Source: an uncultured Prevotellaceae bacterium
Lineage (GTDB): Bacteria > Bacteroidota > Bacteroidia > Bacteroidales > Bacteroidaceae
Assembly (NCBI GenBank): GCA_900318795.1
Contig: ONLU01000019.1
Coordinates: forward strand, 178-64,177
Length of the DNA: 64,000 bases
Reading direction: 5' to 3'
The translations under genes and the position numbers were made by a program. Position 1 is the stretch's first letter, and each line of letters begins with the position of its first letter. Under the pieces are notes generated by a model. It saw only the letters and a program-made list of their open reading frames with translations. It was not told where the DNA came from and made no database searches. Shown here one piece after another: positions 9,153 through 19,502 of this stretch.

Positions 9153-11074
9153 AGTTCTTCACATTCTTTGAGCCACAATGCACTCGAAGCGTCGCTGGGC
9201 ATGCGCCAGTCGCCACGTGGCGAGAGCGAGATGCTGCCCACCTTGGGTCCGTCGGGCAGACACGAGCGCTTGAACTGCTGCGAGAAGAAGCGACGGCAGA
9301 ACGTCGTCAGCCACTTCTTGATGGTCTCCTTGTCGTAAGCCTCGCCGAAGGCCGCCTGTGCCAGCATGAATATCTTGGCTGGACGGAAGCCATAGCGCAG
9401 GAAGTAGTAGAGGAAGAAGTCGTGCAGCTCGTAGGGGCCCACCAGGTCTTCCGTCTTCTGCTGGATGTTGCCTTCCGCATCGGCTGGTGTCAACTCTGGC
9501 GAGATGGGCGTATGGATGACGTCAATCAGCGTGTCGCGTTGCGCACTGAAGGCTGGTATCATGGCGATGTAGTTGATGAGATACTGGATGAGCGTCTTGG
9601 GGATACCTGCATTGACACCATACATGGACATGTGGTCACCGTTGTAGGTAGCCCAGCCCAGTGCCAACTCTGACAGGTCGCCCGTTCCCACCACCAGTGC
9701 ATTCAGCTTGTTGGCGAGGTCCATCAGTATCTGGGTGCGCTCGCGGGCCTGCGAATTCTCGTAGGTGGCATCGTGCTTGGTGGCATCATGGCCGATATCC
9801 AGGAAATGCTGTGTCACAGCCTTGGAGATGGAGATTTCCATCTGCGAGATGCCCAGCGACTGCATCAGCGACGTCGCATTGTCGTGTGTACGATCAGTAG
9901 TACCGAATCCTGGCATCGTGATGCCCACAATACCCTTGCGATTGTATCCGAGTTTGTCAAAAGTGCGTACGCACACCAGCAGGGCCAGCGTAGAGTCCAG
10001 ACCACCACTGATGCCTATCACCACATGTTGGCAATTGGTATGTATCAGTCGCTTGGCGAGCCCTGCCGTCTGGATGTTGAGAATCTCCTCGCAGGTTTCT
10101 GCCATATTGTGATTGTTGGGGATGAACGGATGCGCATCGACAGGACGCGTCAGCTGGAAGGGATGCTCGTTGCCCACGGGCTTGCAAGCTACCACCTGGG
10201 CGTGAGCGCCACGCTGGGCGTTGATGAAGGTGGTATTGGTCTGCCGCTCCGTATGCAGTCGCTCGACGTCTATCTGGGCCGTCTGCAACTGAGGCTGGAA
10301 CGAGAAGCGGTCGCCCTCGGCCAGCAACTTGCCGTTCTCGAATATCATGGCATTGCCTCCGTACACCACGTCCTGCGTCGACTCGCCGAAGCCACACGAG
10401 GCATACACATAGCCACTCAGCGTGCGTGCACTCTGCTGCGCCAGCAGCGAGCGCAGGTACTGGTGCTTGCCAATGAGTTCGTCGGAGGCTGAGCAGTTCA
10501 GGACTATATCGGCACCTGCCATCGTCAGCAGATTGCTGGGAGGAATGGGCGCCCACACGTCTTCACATATCTCGACGCCGAACTTCACGCCGTCAGTGGT
10601 CTGGAACAGCTGGGGCTCGGCACTCAGCCTGACGGGGGTGCCTGCCAGATAGATCTGCGTAGGATTCAAGTCCTGGGCAGAGGCAAACCAGCGTTTCTCG
10701 TAGAACTCGTTATAGTTGGGCAGATAGGTCTTGGCAACCACACCGAGTATGCTGCCCCCCTGCACCACAACGGCACAGTTCAGCAACAGTCCTCCTGCCT
10801 GCACGGGCAGTCCTACCACACAGATGACGTCCAGCTGGCGGGTAAACTCCAGCAGGCGTATCAGTCCCTCCTCGGCCTTGTTCAGCAGCAGCTGCTCCTT
10901 GAACAGGTCCTGACAGGTGTAGCCCGTCAGACTGAGTTCCGGAAAACAAACAATCTCCACCTGCTGGCTGTCAGCCAGGGAGATCAGTTTCTCCATCTCC
11001 TGGACGTTGTACTCAACGTCTGCTACTTTCACGGCGGGCACAGCAGCCGCCACTTTTACAAAACCATATTTCAT
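9149..11074 (-). CDS. nadE: Glutamine-dependent NAD+ synthetase
   Basis: Nitrilase domain (FPELSLTGY, EFYEKRWF, EICEDVW) plus synthetase domain (GISGGLDSTLAL, ENSQARER, GTGDLSE). Confidence 0.96.
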   Translation of the reverse strand: MKYGFVKVAAAVPAVKVADVEYNVQEMEKLISLADSQQVEIVCFPELSLTGYTCQDLFKEQLLLNKAEEGLIRLLEFTRQLDVICVVGLPVQAGGLLLNCAVVVQGGSILGVVAKTYLPNYNEFYEKRWFASAQDLNPTQIYLAGTPVRLSAEPQLFQTTDGVKFGVEICEDVWAPIPPSNLLTMAGADIVLNCSASDELIGKHQYLRSLLAQQSARTLSGYVYASCGFGESTQDVVYGGNAMIFENGKLLAEGDRFSFQPQLQTAQIDVERLHTERQTNTTFINAQRGAHAQVVACKPVGNEHPFQLTRPVDAHPFIPNNHNMAETCEEILNIQTAGLAKRLIHTNCQHVVIGISGGLDSTLALLVCVRTFDKLGYNRKGIVGITMPGFGTTDRTHDNATSLMQSLGISQMEISISKAVTQHFLDIGHDATKHDATYENSQARERTQILMDLANKLNALVVGTGDLSELALGWATYNGDHMSMYGVNAGIPKTLIQYLINYIAMIPAFSAQRDTLIDVIHTPISPELTPADAEGNIQQKTEDLVGPYELHDFFLYYFLRYGFRPAKIFMLAQAAFGEAYDKETIKKWLTTFCRRFFSQQFKRSCLPDGPKVGSISLSPRGDWRMPSDASSALWLKECEEL

Positions 11075-11140
11075 ACTTCAATCAATTTTCCAGATTCAAC
11101 GTCACACTCTGACCTGGGCCAGAGACATTTCACTATTTCC

Positions 11141-12424
11141 TTAAGGAATGAGCAGCGACGAGTCGCCATAGCTCAGGAATCGGAAGTCGTGCGACAGCGC
11201 ATAGTCATAGATTTTGCGCCAGTCGCCCTTCACAAAGGCGCTCACCAGCAATAGCAGCGTCGACTGAGGCTGGTGGAAGTTGGTCACCAGCATCTTCACA
11301 ATCTTATAGTCATAGCCCGGGGCAATGATGATCTGCGTCGACGAGTGCAGCACCGTCAGCTCGTTTCTGACCATCCACGCCTGCAGAGCCTGCAGAGCTT
11401 CCGTACTTTCAACTTCCCCACGAACTTTGCCCGCTTTGACCTTCAGGTCAAAGAACTTTGAACTTTCACCTTCATACGGCTCCCACTGGCTGACGTGCAG
11501 CTGCTCCTCGCGGATGTCAGGATTGGCCAGCACCTTCAGACCCATGTAGTAGAGGCTCTCCAGCGTCCGCACACTGGTGGTACCCACTGCAATGGCCTTG
11601 CCTCCGTGCGCTATCAGACGCTCTATGGTGTGCCGGCGAACAGCAATGTACTCCGTGTGCATGGCGTGCTCGCCAATGGTCTCGCTCTTGACGGGACGGA
11701 AGGTGCCTGCTCCGACGTGCAGCGTCAGTTCTTCGCGCTCAATGCCGTGGGCATCGACATCCCTCAGCACGCGCTCCGTGAAGTGCAGTCCTGCCGTAGG
11801 AGCTGCCACACTGCCTTTGATCTTCGAGTACACCGTCTGGTAGGTCGTCTTGTCGCTCTCCTGTGTATCGCGATTCAGGTACGGAGGAATAGGCAGTTCG
11901 CCCATGGCGTCCAGGATGTCGGCAAACGACACACCGGCCGTCCACTCCAGTGCTACGAGCTGGCTGGTACCCACCTCGCCTTTGCGCACAGCGCGGACCT
12001 CGACCTGTTCGCCTTTGATTTCAACCATCCTGGAGAGCGTCACCTCCATCTTCCACTTCTTCTGGTTGCCCACCAGACAGAGCCACTCACAGGCCTGTGT
12101 CTGCTGGAACATCTGCTCGTAGTCGGCTGGCCGATAGGGTTCCAGCAGAAACACCTCTATCAGCGCCCCCGTGGGCTGTCCCTCAGCGTCAGGCTTGCGG
12201 AAGTGCAGGCGTGCCTGAATCACCTTGGTATTGTTCATCACCATCAGGGCACCCTCGGGCAGGTATTTCGGCAGGTTGTAGAAGACATCTTCTCCTACGA
12301 CGCCTTTATTGTACACCAGCAGCTTCGAGTGGTCGCGCTCCGCCATCGGAAACTTCGCAATCCGCTCGTCTGCCAGTTCATAGTTGTAATCGCTTATGTG
12401 TATTTCTTTCGTTTCAATGTCCAT
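11141..12424 (-). CDS. queA: SAM:tRNA ribosyltransferase-isomerase
   Basis: PIPPYL, YQTVYS, GSVAAPTAGLHFT, LHVGAGTF, TNFHQPQSTLLLLV and RFLSYGD motifs. Confidence 0.96.
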   Translation of the reverse strand: MDIETKEIHISDYNYELADERIAKFPMAERDHSKLLVYNKGVVGEDVFYNLPKYLPEGALMVMNNTKVIQARLHFRKPDAEGQPTGALIEVFLLEPYRPADYEQMFQQTQACEWLCLVGNQKKWKMEVTLSRMVEIKGEQVEVRAVRKGEVGTSQLVALEWTAGVSFADILDAMGELPIPPYLNRDTQESDKTTYQTVYSKIKGSVAAPTAGLHFTERVLRDVDAHGIEREELTLHVGAGTFRPVKSETIGEHAMHTEYIAVRRHTIERLIAHGGKAIAVGTTSVRTLESLYYMGLKVLANPDIREEQLHVSQWEPYEGESSKFFDLKVKAGKVRGEVESTEALQALQAWMVRNELTVLHSSTQIIIAPGYDYKIVKMLVTNFHQPQSTLLLLVSAFVKGDWRKIYDYALSHDFRFLSYGDSSLLIP

Positions 12425-12571
12425 AACGCGTGCAAAGGTACAAATAAAAAACAGCTTAACCAAATATCATGCCTACGAATTTGCTATTAACCACCCACGA
12501 AATTGATTTTTCATCGCTACACATTTGTCATTCCATCCCCAAGAAAATGTTTTTTGATAGTTATAGATTTT

Positions 12572-12634
12572 ATGTTTCCAACTTAGAGACACATGTCTCC
12601 AACTTGGAAACACCTGTACACAACTTGTAGATAT
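12572..12634. repeat. Three tandem 21-bp imperfect palindromic units
   Basis: ATGTTTCCAACTTAGAGACAC / ATGTCTCCAACTTGGAAACAC / CTGTACACAACTTGTAGATAT. Confidence 0.8.
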
Positions 12635-12755
12635 AACTTTCCTAACCAACCATTATCTTTTTCCTAACGTCCCAGCATAAAAAAAATAAATAGATTTATT
12701 TTGTTCTGCTCTCGTTTTTTCGTAACTTTGCAGCGTAAACTTACGAAACGACATC

Positions 12756-12935
12756 ATGCAGATGATAAAACACTATGCCGGGCTTTTACTTATAGTATTA
12801 GGGGCGCTGGCACTGATTATGACTCGCCTTAAGGCACTGGACAGCAGCAACACCTTGCTGGCGACAGGTCTGCTGTTCATTGTAGCGGGCATCGGCCTGC
12901 ACATCAGAAGCATCAAGCGAGAAAGCAGGTACTGA
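12756..12935 (+). CDS. Small two-TM membrane protein (59 aa), absent from the ORF track
   Basis: Translated by hand: MQMIKHYAGLLLIVLGALALIMTRLKALDSSNTLLATGLLFIVAGIGLHIRSIKRESRY; TAACTTTG promoter at 12723-12730; ends 18 bp before tex. Confidence 0.7.
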   Translation: MQMIKHYAGLLLIVLGALALIMTRLKALDSSNTLLATGLLFIVAGIGLHIRSIKRESRY

Positions 12936-12953
12936 GATTTTATACTTTGAGAA

Positions 12954-15137
12954 ATGGAACAAATCAAGATATTTACACAACTGATTTCCAGCGAGTTGCA
13001 CTTGTCGGAGTACGCAGTGGAGAACACGTTGAAATTGCTGGACGAAGGGTGCACCATCCCCTTTATTTCGCGCTATCGCAAGGAGCGCACAGGGGGGCTG
13101 GACGAAGTACAGATTACAGCCATCAGCGATCGTTCAGAACGGCTGAAAGAGATACAAAAGCGCAAGGAGACCATCCTGAAAACCATCGGCGAGCTGGGCA
13201 AGTTGACGCCCGAACTGGAGAAACGCATAGAGGACTGCTGGGAACTGACGACACTGGAGGACATATACCTGCCCTACAAACCCAAGCGCCGCACACGTGC
13301 CCAGGCGGCTCGCGAACAAGGACTGGAGCCTTTAGCCACCCTACTGATGATGCAACGCGAGCAAAGCCCTGAACGGGCTGCACAGCGTTTCGTCAAGGGC
13401 GATGTCAAGGATGTGGCTACAGCACTGAAAGGCGCACAGGACATCATAGCCGAACAGGTGAGCGAGGACGAGCGCAGCCGTAATCAGGTGCGTGCCGCCT
13501 TCCGTCGCGAGGCCTTCATCGTGTCGAAAGTGGTCAAGGCCAAGAAAGACACGGACGAAGCACAGAAATACAGCGACTACTTCGATTGGGAGGAGCCCCT
13601 GAAACGCTGTTCGAGCCATCGGTTGCTGGCTATGCGCCGGGGAGCCGACGAAGGCATCCTGCGACTGAGCCTGACCATCGACGACGACGAGGCCGTGAGC
13701 CGACTGCAACGCAACTATGTACGTGGCAATGGTTCTTGCCAGCGACTGGTGAGCGAGGCCGTTGAAGATGGTTACAAGCGCCTGCTGCTGCCCTCGATAG
13801 AAACGGAATTCAGCAACCTGAGCAAGGAGCGAGCTGACGAGGAAGCCATCAAGGTGTTTGCCGAGAACCTGCGCCAGCTGTTGCTCTCTGCCCCACTTGG
13901 CCAGAAGCGCGTCATGGGCGTAGACCCTGGCTTCCGTACAGGCTGCAAGGTGGTGTGTCTGGATGCTCAGGGAAACCTGCTACACCACGAAGCCATCTTC
14001 CCCCACCCGCCTGTAAACCATCGGATGCAGGCCAGCATGCACGTGCAACAGATGATGAAGGACTATCATATCGAGGCCATCGCCATTGGCAATGGTACTG
14101 CCAGTCGCGAGACCAAGGAGTTTATCACCGAGGTGGTGGCAGAGGCTGGACGACAGCGCGAGCCTGCAAGTACGCAAGCCCCTGCATCGCCCAAGGTCTT
14201 CGTCGTCAGCGAGGATGGTGCCTCCGTCTATTCTGCCTCAAAAGTGGCTCGCGACGAGTTTCCCAACGAGGACGTGACCGTTCGTGGTGCCGTCTCCATA
14301 GGTCGCCGACTGATGGACCCGTTGGCAGAGTTGGTCAAGATTGACCCCAAGAGCATTGGTGTGGGACAATATCAGCACGACGTAGACCAATCGAAGCTGA
14401 AACACTCGCTGGACCAGACAGTCGAGAGTTGTGTCAACCTGGTGGGCGTCAACCTCAACACAGCCTCGCAGCACCTGCTCACCTACGTCAGCGGACTGGG
14501 TCCGGTGCTGGCTCAGAACATTGTGGACTATCGCAAAGAGAACGGAGCTTTCACCAGTCGTGCACAGCTGAAGAAAGTGCCCCGACTGGGACCTGCAGCC
14601 TACCAGCAGTGCGCCGGATTTCTGCGCATACCCAATGCCAAGAACCCGTTGGACAACAGTGCCGTCCATCCGGAGAGCTACCATGTGGTGGAACTGATGG
14701 CAAAAGACCAGCATTGTACGGTCAGCGAGCTGATTGGCAACAAGACGGTGCGTGAACAGATTGACATCAAGAAATACGTCACAGCAGAGACAGGTCTGCC
14801 CACCCTGACAGACATCATGAAGGAGCTGGAGAAACCCGGACGGGACCCCCGCGAACAGATTGAGGAGTTTGAGTTCGATCCCAGCGTTCAGTCCGTAGAA
14901 GACCTGCGAGAAGGGATGGAGCTGCCAGGCATCGTGACGAACATCACCAACTTCGGAGCCTTCGTGGACATAGGTGTACACCAGGACGGACTGGTACATG
15001 TGTCGCAGCTGGCCAACCGCTACGTCAGCGACCCCACACAGGTGGTTCACCTCCATCAGCACGTACGGGTTCGCGTCATTGGAGTAGACCTGCGACGACA
15101 GCGCATCTCGCTCTCGATGAAGGGAATCAAATCCTAA
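12954..15137 (+). CDS. tex: Tex-family RNA-binding transcription accessory protein
   Basis: TIPFISRYRKERTG, GVDPGFRTGCK, AIGNGTASRE, DPKSIGVGQYQHDV and a C-terminal S1 domain (GAFVDIGVHQDGLVHVS). Confidence 0.93.
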   Translation: MEQIKIFTQLISSELHLSEYAVENTLKLLDEGCTIPFISRYRKERTGGLDEVQITAISDRSERLKEIQKRKETILKTIGELGKLTPELEKRIEDCWELTTLEDIYLPYKPKRRTRAQAAREQGLEPLATLLMMQREQSPERAAQRFVKGDVKDVATALKGAQDIIAEQVSEDERSRNQVRAAFRREAFIVSKVVKAKKDTDEAQKYSDYFDWEEPLKRCSSHRLLAMRRGADEGILRLSLTIDDDEAVSRLQRNYVRGNGSCQRLVSEAVEDGYKRLLLPSIETEFSNLSKERADEEAIKVFAENLRQLLLSAPLGQKRVMGVDPGFRTGCKVVCLDAQGNLLHHEAIFPHPPVNHRMQASMHVQQMMKDYHIEAIAIGNGTASRETKEFITEVVAEAGRQREPASTQAPASPKVFVVSEDGASVYSASKVARDEFPNEDVTVRGAVSIGRRLMDPLAELVKIDPKSIGVGQYQHDVDQSKLKHSLDQTVESCVNLVGVNLNTASQHLLTYVSGLGPVLAQNIVDYRKENGAFTSRAQLKKVPRLGPAAYQQCAGFLRIPNAKNPLDNSAVHPESYHVVELMAKDQHCTVSELIGNKTVREQIDIKKYVTAETGLPTLTDIMKELEKPGRDPREQIEEFEFDPSVQSVEDLREGMELPGIVTNITNFGAFVDIGVHQDGLVHVSQLANRYVSDPTQVVHLHQHVRVRVIGVDLRRQRISLSMKGIKS

Positions 15138-15166
15138 ATCGTTAAATAAGTATAAACGCCCCTCAT

Positions 15167-15198
15167 AAAGTTCAGAGTTCAAAGTTCAAAGTTCAAAG
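15167..15198. repeat. Heptamer array (AAAGTTC) x4.5 directly upstream of a TACCTTTG -7 element (15206-15213)
   Basis: AAAGTTC AGAGTTC AAAGTTC AAAGTTC AAAG. Confidence 0.85.
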
Positions 15199-15221
15199 GA
15201 TTTCGTACCTTTGCAGAGATT

Positions 15222-16292
15222 ATGGCAAGAGAAAAGACAAGAATCAAGGACATAGCAGAGCGCGCTGGTGTTTCAGTGGGCACCGTCGACCGCGTGTTGC
15301 ACAATCGTCCCAACGTTTCGAAGAAGTCGCTGGAGAAGGTGCAGAAAGCCTTAGACGAAATGGACTACAGGCCCAACATGTATGCCTCAGCTTTAGCATA
15401 TAACAAGGAATACACGTTCTACTGCGTCATTCCCAAGCACGAATCGGAAGCCTACTGGGAAGAGGTGGAAGAAGGTGCCTTGGCAGCCTGTGAACGCCGT
15501 ACCGACTTTGGTCTCTCGATGAAGATGATGTATTACAACCGCTTCTCTGTCGACACCTTCACACGCATCATGAACGAGGTTCTGAAGCAGGCACCAGACG
15601 GAGTCATCATCGTACCTTCACGCCTGGACGTCACACGACGATTCACCGACCAGTTGCACGAACTGGGCGTACCCTTCATCCTGCTCGACTCCTACATGCC
15701 CGACCTGAAACCTCTGTCATTCTTCGGACAGGACTCTTTCTCCTCTGGCTATTTTGCTGCCCGCATGCTGATGATGCTGGCACCAAAGGAAAAGGAAATC
15801 ATGCTGATGAAGCAGATGCGCAACGGCAATGTTGCTTCCAAGCAACAGGAGAATCGAGAGACAGGTTTCCGTCATTACATGAAGGACCACTTCCCCGATG
15901 TCACCATCCACGAAGTGAACCTTTCGCTCGACGACAAGCGCGAAGAGTACGATCGCATCCTGGAAGACTTCTTCACCCAGCACCCCCATATCCACCACTG
16001 CATCACCTTCAACTCGAAAGCCCACTTGGTGGGTGAATTCCTGCTGAAGTCGAATCGCAGAAATGTCCAGATCATGGGCTACGACATGGTGCCCAAAAAT
16101 GCAGACTGCGTGCGCCAGGGGTCCATCTCGTTCCTCATAGCCCAGCACGGATACATGCAGGGATACGAGTGCATTGAGAGCCTCTTCAACGCCATCGTGC
16201 TGAAAAAGGAGGTGGAGCCTGTCAACTACATGCCCATCGAACTGCTGGCCAAGGAGAACATAGACTTCTATCGCCGCAAGAACATCGGATGA
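15222..16292 (+). CDS. LacI-family transcriptional regulator, probably hexuronate catabolism
   Basis: RIKDIAERAGVSVGTVDRVLHNR HTH plus sugar-binding domain; adjacent to uxaA. Confidence 0.9.
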   Translation: MAREKTRIKDIAERAGVSVGTVDRVLHNRPNVSKKSLEKVQKALDEMDYRPNMYASALAYNKEYTFYCVIPKHESEAYWEEVEEGALAACERRTDFGLSMKMMYYNRFSVDTFTRIMNEVLKQAPDGVIIVPSRLDVTRRFTDQLHELGVPFILLDSYMPDLKPLSFFGQDSFSSGYFAARMLMMLAPKEKEIMLMKQMRNGNVASKQQENRETGFRHYMKDHFPDVTIHEVNLSLDDKREEYDRILEDFFTQHPHIHHCITFNSKAHLVGEFLLKSNRRNVQIMGYDMVPKNADCVRQGSISFLIAQHGYMQGYECIESLFNAIVLKKEVEPVNYMPIELLAKENIDFYRRKNIG

Positions 16293-16337
16293 GACAAGAG
16301 AACAGAACAACAATTATTTACTAAAACAAATACGATT

Positions 16338-17843
16338 ATGGCATTAGCAACATTTCTGAAAATTAATCCCGCTGACTCTGTCGTAGTATGTCTGGCCCCC
16401 AAGAAGCAGGGCGACATCATTGAGGTAGACGGCAAGCAAATCACAGTGAACCAAGACACCCCGGCAGGACACAAAGTACTGATCAAGGACGTCAAAGAGG
16501 GTGAGGATATCATCAAGTACGGCTACCCCATCGGGCACGCCCGTCAGGACATGAAGGCTGGCGACTGGGTGAACGAGAACAACCTGAAGACCAACCTCTC
16601 AGGCACGTTGGAATATACCTACAAGCCCGTTGACGCCAAAAGCGACATCAATCATATCAAGAACGAGAGCCGTACCTTCAAGGGATACGTACGCAAGAAC
16701 GGCGACGTTGGCGTGCGCAACGAGATTTGGATTGTGCCTACTGTAGGCTGCGTCAACGGCATTGCCGAACGTCTGGCTCACAAGTTGATGATGGAGACGG
16801 GCTGCAAGGACGTAGACAGCATCTGGACCTGGCACCACAACTATGGCTGCTCGCAGCTGTCGGAAGACCACGAGAACACCCGCAAGGTACTGCGTGACAT
16901 CTGTCTGCACCCCAATGCTGGCGGTGTGCTGGTGCTCAGTCTGGGTTGCGAGAACAACCAGCCCGAGGACTTCATGGCTATGTTGGGCGACTACGACCAG
17001 TCGCGCATCAAGTTGCTGGTGACCCAGCGCGTCGAAGGCGACGAGATGGAGGCTGGCATGGAGATTCTGCGCGAACTCTACAAGCAGGCAGCTCAGGACA
17101 AGCGCGAGGATGTGCCCGTATCAAAGCTGCGCGTAGGTCTGAAGTGTGGTGGCTCTGACGGATTCTCTGGCATTACTGCCAATCCGCTGGTCGGCGAGTT
17201 CTCTGACTGGCTGGTGGCTCAGGGTGGTACCAGCGTGCTGACAGAGGTACCTGAGATGTTTGGCGCCGAGACCATTCTGATGAATCGCTGCGAGACACCT
17301 CAACTGTTCGACCAGACAGTATCGATGATTAACAACTTCAAGAACTACTTCCTGTCACACGGCGAGCCCGTAGGTGAAAATCCCTCACCAGGCAACAAGG
17401 CTGGCGGTATCTCGACCCTCGAGGACAAAGCACTGGGCTGCACGCAGAAGTGCGGTAAGGCTCCCGTCAGCGGTGTCATGGAATATGGCGACCGTTTGGA
17501 GCACAACGGACTGAACCTGCTCTCGGCTCCTGGCAACGACCTCGTAGCCTCAACAGCATTGGCTTCTTGCGGCTGTCACATCGTACTATTCACAACTGGT
17601 CGCGGAACGCCTTTCGGCACTTTCGTACCCACCATGAAGGTAGCTACCAATCCCACTTTGGCTAAGAACAAGCCCCACTGGGTAGACTTCTCAGCCGGAC
17701 AGTTGGTAGAAGGCCGCACCATGCAGGAACTGGTACCTGAGTTCATCGACAAGGTGCTGGCTGTAGCCTCTGGCGAGAAAGCCCGCAACGAGGAGAACGG
17801 CTATCACGAAATCTCCATCTTCAAGAACGGCGTAACACTGTAA
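16338..17843 (+). CDS. uxaA: Altronate dehydratase
   Basis: SAF domain (GHKV...IIKYGYPIG), GVRNEIW, LGCENNQ, GLKCGGSDGFSGITANP and FTTGRGTPFG motifs. Confidence 0.93.
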   Translation: MALATFLKINPADSVVVCLAPKKQGDIIEVDGKQITVNQDTPAGHKVLIKDVKEGEDIIKYGYPIGHARQDMKAGDWVNENNLKTNLSGTLEYTYKPVDAKSDINHIKNESRTFKGYVRKNGDVGVRNEIWIVPTVGCVNGIAERLAHKLMMETGCKDVDSIWTWHHNYGCSQLSEDHENTRKVLRDICLHPNAGGVLVLSLGCENNQPEDFMAMLGDYDQSRIKLLVTQRVEGDEMEAGMEILRELYKQAAQDKREDVPVSKLRVGLKCGGSDGFSGITANPLVGEFSDWLVAQGGTSVLTEVPEMFGAETILMNRCETPQLFDQTVSMINNFKNYFLSHGEPVGENPSPGNKAGGISTLEDKALGCTQKCGKAPVSGVMEYGDRLEHNGLNLLSAPGNDLVASTALASCGCHIVLFTTGRGTPFGTFVPTMKVATNPTLAKNKPHWVDFSAGQLVEGRTMQELVPEFIDKVLAVASGEKARNEENGYHEISIFKNGVTL

Positions 17844-17865
17844 CATCACAATAAAGGACTAAGCG

Positions 17866-19140
17866 TTGAAGAAAGGACTCATAGCACTGTCACCCCTCGT
17901 GGTGTTCATCGTACTCTATTTAGTCACGAGCATCATTGCTCGTGACTTTTACAAAGTACCCATCACAGTGGCGTTCATGACAGCGTCCATCTATGCCATC
18001 ATCGTCTTCAACGGACGTCCGCTGCGCGAGCGCATTGACGTCTTCAGCCGAGGAGCCGGCACAAGCCAGATGATGCTGATGCTGTGGATATTCGTGCTGG
18101 CTGGCGCTTTTGCCAACTCTGCCAAAACGATGGGCTCCATCGATGCGACAGTCAATCTGGCGCTCACCCTACTGCCCGCACAGATGTTGCTGGCAGGACT
18201 GTTTCTGGCAGCCTGCTTCATCTCGTTATCCATTGGCACCAGCGTAGGAACCATTGTGGCACTGACCCCCATAGCAGCTGGCATTGCCCAACAGACTGGC
18301 ACCTCCATACCGCTCATGACGGCAGTCGTGGTGGGTGGCTCGTTCTTCGGCGACAACCTGTCGTTCATCTCCGACACCACCATCATGGCAACGTCCACTC
18401 AAGGATGCAAATTGTCGGATAAGTTCCACGTCAACTCCTTTATCGTCATTCCAGCAGCGCTCATCATTCTGGTCGTCTACGTCATCATGGGAGCCGATAT
18501 TGCTTCACCTAGACAGGTTGGCGAAGTATCCTTCGTGAAGGTGATTCCCTACTTGATAGTACTTGTCACTGCCATTTTCGGCATGAACGTGATGGCTGTG
18601 CTAACACTTGGCATCATGCTGACGGGACTCATAGGCATCAGCAACGGAGCGTTTGACGTCTTCGGCTGGATGAAGGCTATGGGTGACGGCATACTGGGCA
18701 TGAGCGAACTCATCATCATCACCATGATGGCGGGTGGTCTGTTGGAGATTGTCAAACAGCAAGGAGGCATCGACTTCATCATCAAACGGCTGACGCGCCA
18801 CGTCAACACCAAGCGTGGTGCAGAATTGTCCATTGCTGCGCTGGTTTCATTGGTCAACCTCTGTACAGCCAACAATACTGTAGCCATCCTGACGGTAGGT
18901 GGAATCTCGAAGCATATCGGAGACCGATACGGTGTGGACAACCGCAAGGCGGCTTCTATATTGGACACCTTCTCATGCATGACTCAGGGACTCATCCCCT
19001 ATGGCGCACAAATATTGATGGCTGCCGGACTGGCCCAGCTCAATCCCATCAGCATCGTGCCCTATCTGTATTATCCACTGGCTATTGGCATTGCTGCCTT
19101 ATTGGCCATATTACTTAGATATCCAAAGCGCTATTCATGA
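17866..19140 (+). CDS. NhaC-family transporter (Na+/H+ antiporter-like)
   Basis: Polytopic; GTSVGTIVAL and GSFFGDNLSFISDTTI motifs; TTG start. Confidence 0.85.
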   Translation: MKKGLIALSPLVVFIVLYLVTSIIARDFYKVPITVAFMTASIYAIIVFNGRPLRERIDVFSRGAGTSQMMLMLWIFVLAGAFANSAKTMGSIDATVNLALTLLPAQMLLAGLFLAACFISLSIGTSVGTIVALTPIAAGIAQQTGTSIPLMTAVVVGGSFFGDNLSFISDTTIMATSTQGCKLSDKFHVNSFIVIPAALIILVVYVIMGADIASPRQVGEVSFVKVIPYLIVLVTAIFGMNVMAVLTLGIMLTGLIGISNGAFDVFGWMKAMGDGILGMSELIIITMMAGGLLEIVKQQGGIDFIIKRLTRHVNTKRGAELSIAALVSLVNLCTANNTVAILTVGGISKHIGDRYGVDNRKAASILDTFSCMTQGLIPYGAQILMAAGLAQLNPISIVPYLYYPLAIGIAALLAILLRYPKRYS

Positions 19141-19502
19141 AAGACGTAGTATTTAGAAACATGGAACGCCTGCTCCTGCTGGACGGCGAGCAAGAACGTG
19201 AACGAATAGAACCAATGACAGAATGGAAGTGGCAACAGCTTTACAAAATAGCTGTCAAATATGGTATTGGGCCTTGGATAGCTGATGGTATCAAGACCTA
19301 TAGCGATGACTTCTTCCTCCAGATGTCACCCACCTTACGTCAGGAGTTTTTGTTGCTACAAGGGCCGAAAGACGAGAATCGCCTAAGCCGTTATCTTTTG
19401 CAAATAGAGCGCTCTCGAGGATTCATACACCACTTGAGCAAACAGTCGCTGAAAGCCTATGCCAGCGAACTGGTCAGCAACATCAAGAACATAGAAGAAT
19501 AA
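19137..19502 (+). CDS. Hypothetical protein (121 aa)
   Basis: ATGA overlap with the upstream gene; ends before a hairpin. Confidence 0.65.
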   Translation: MKDVVFRNMERLLLLDGEQERERIEPMTEWKWQQLYKIAVKYGIGPWIADGIKTYSDDFFLQMSPTLRQEFLLLQGPKDENRLSRYLLQIERSRGFIHHLSKQSLKAYASELVSNIKNIEE

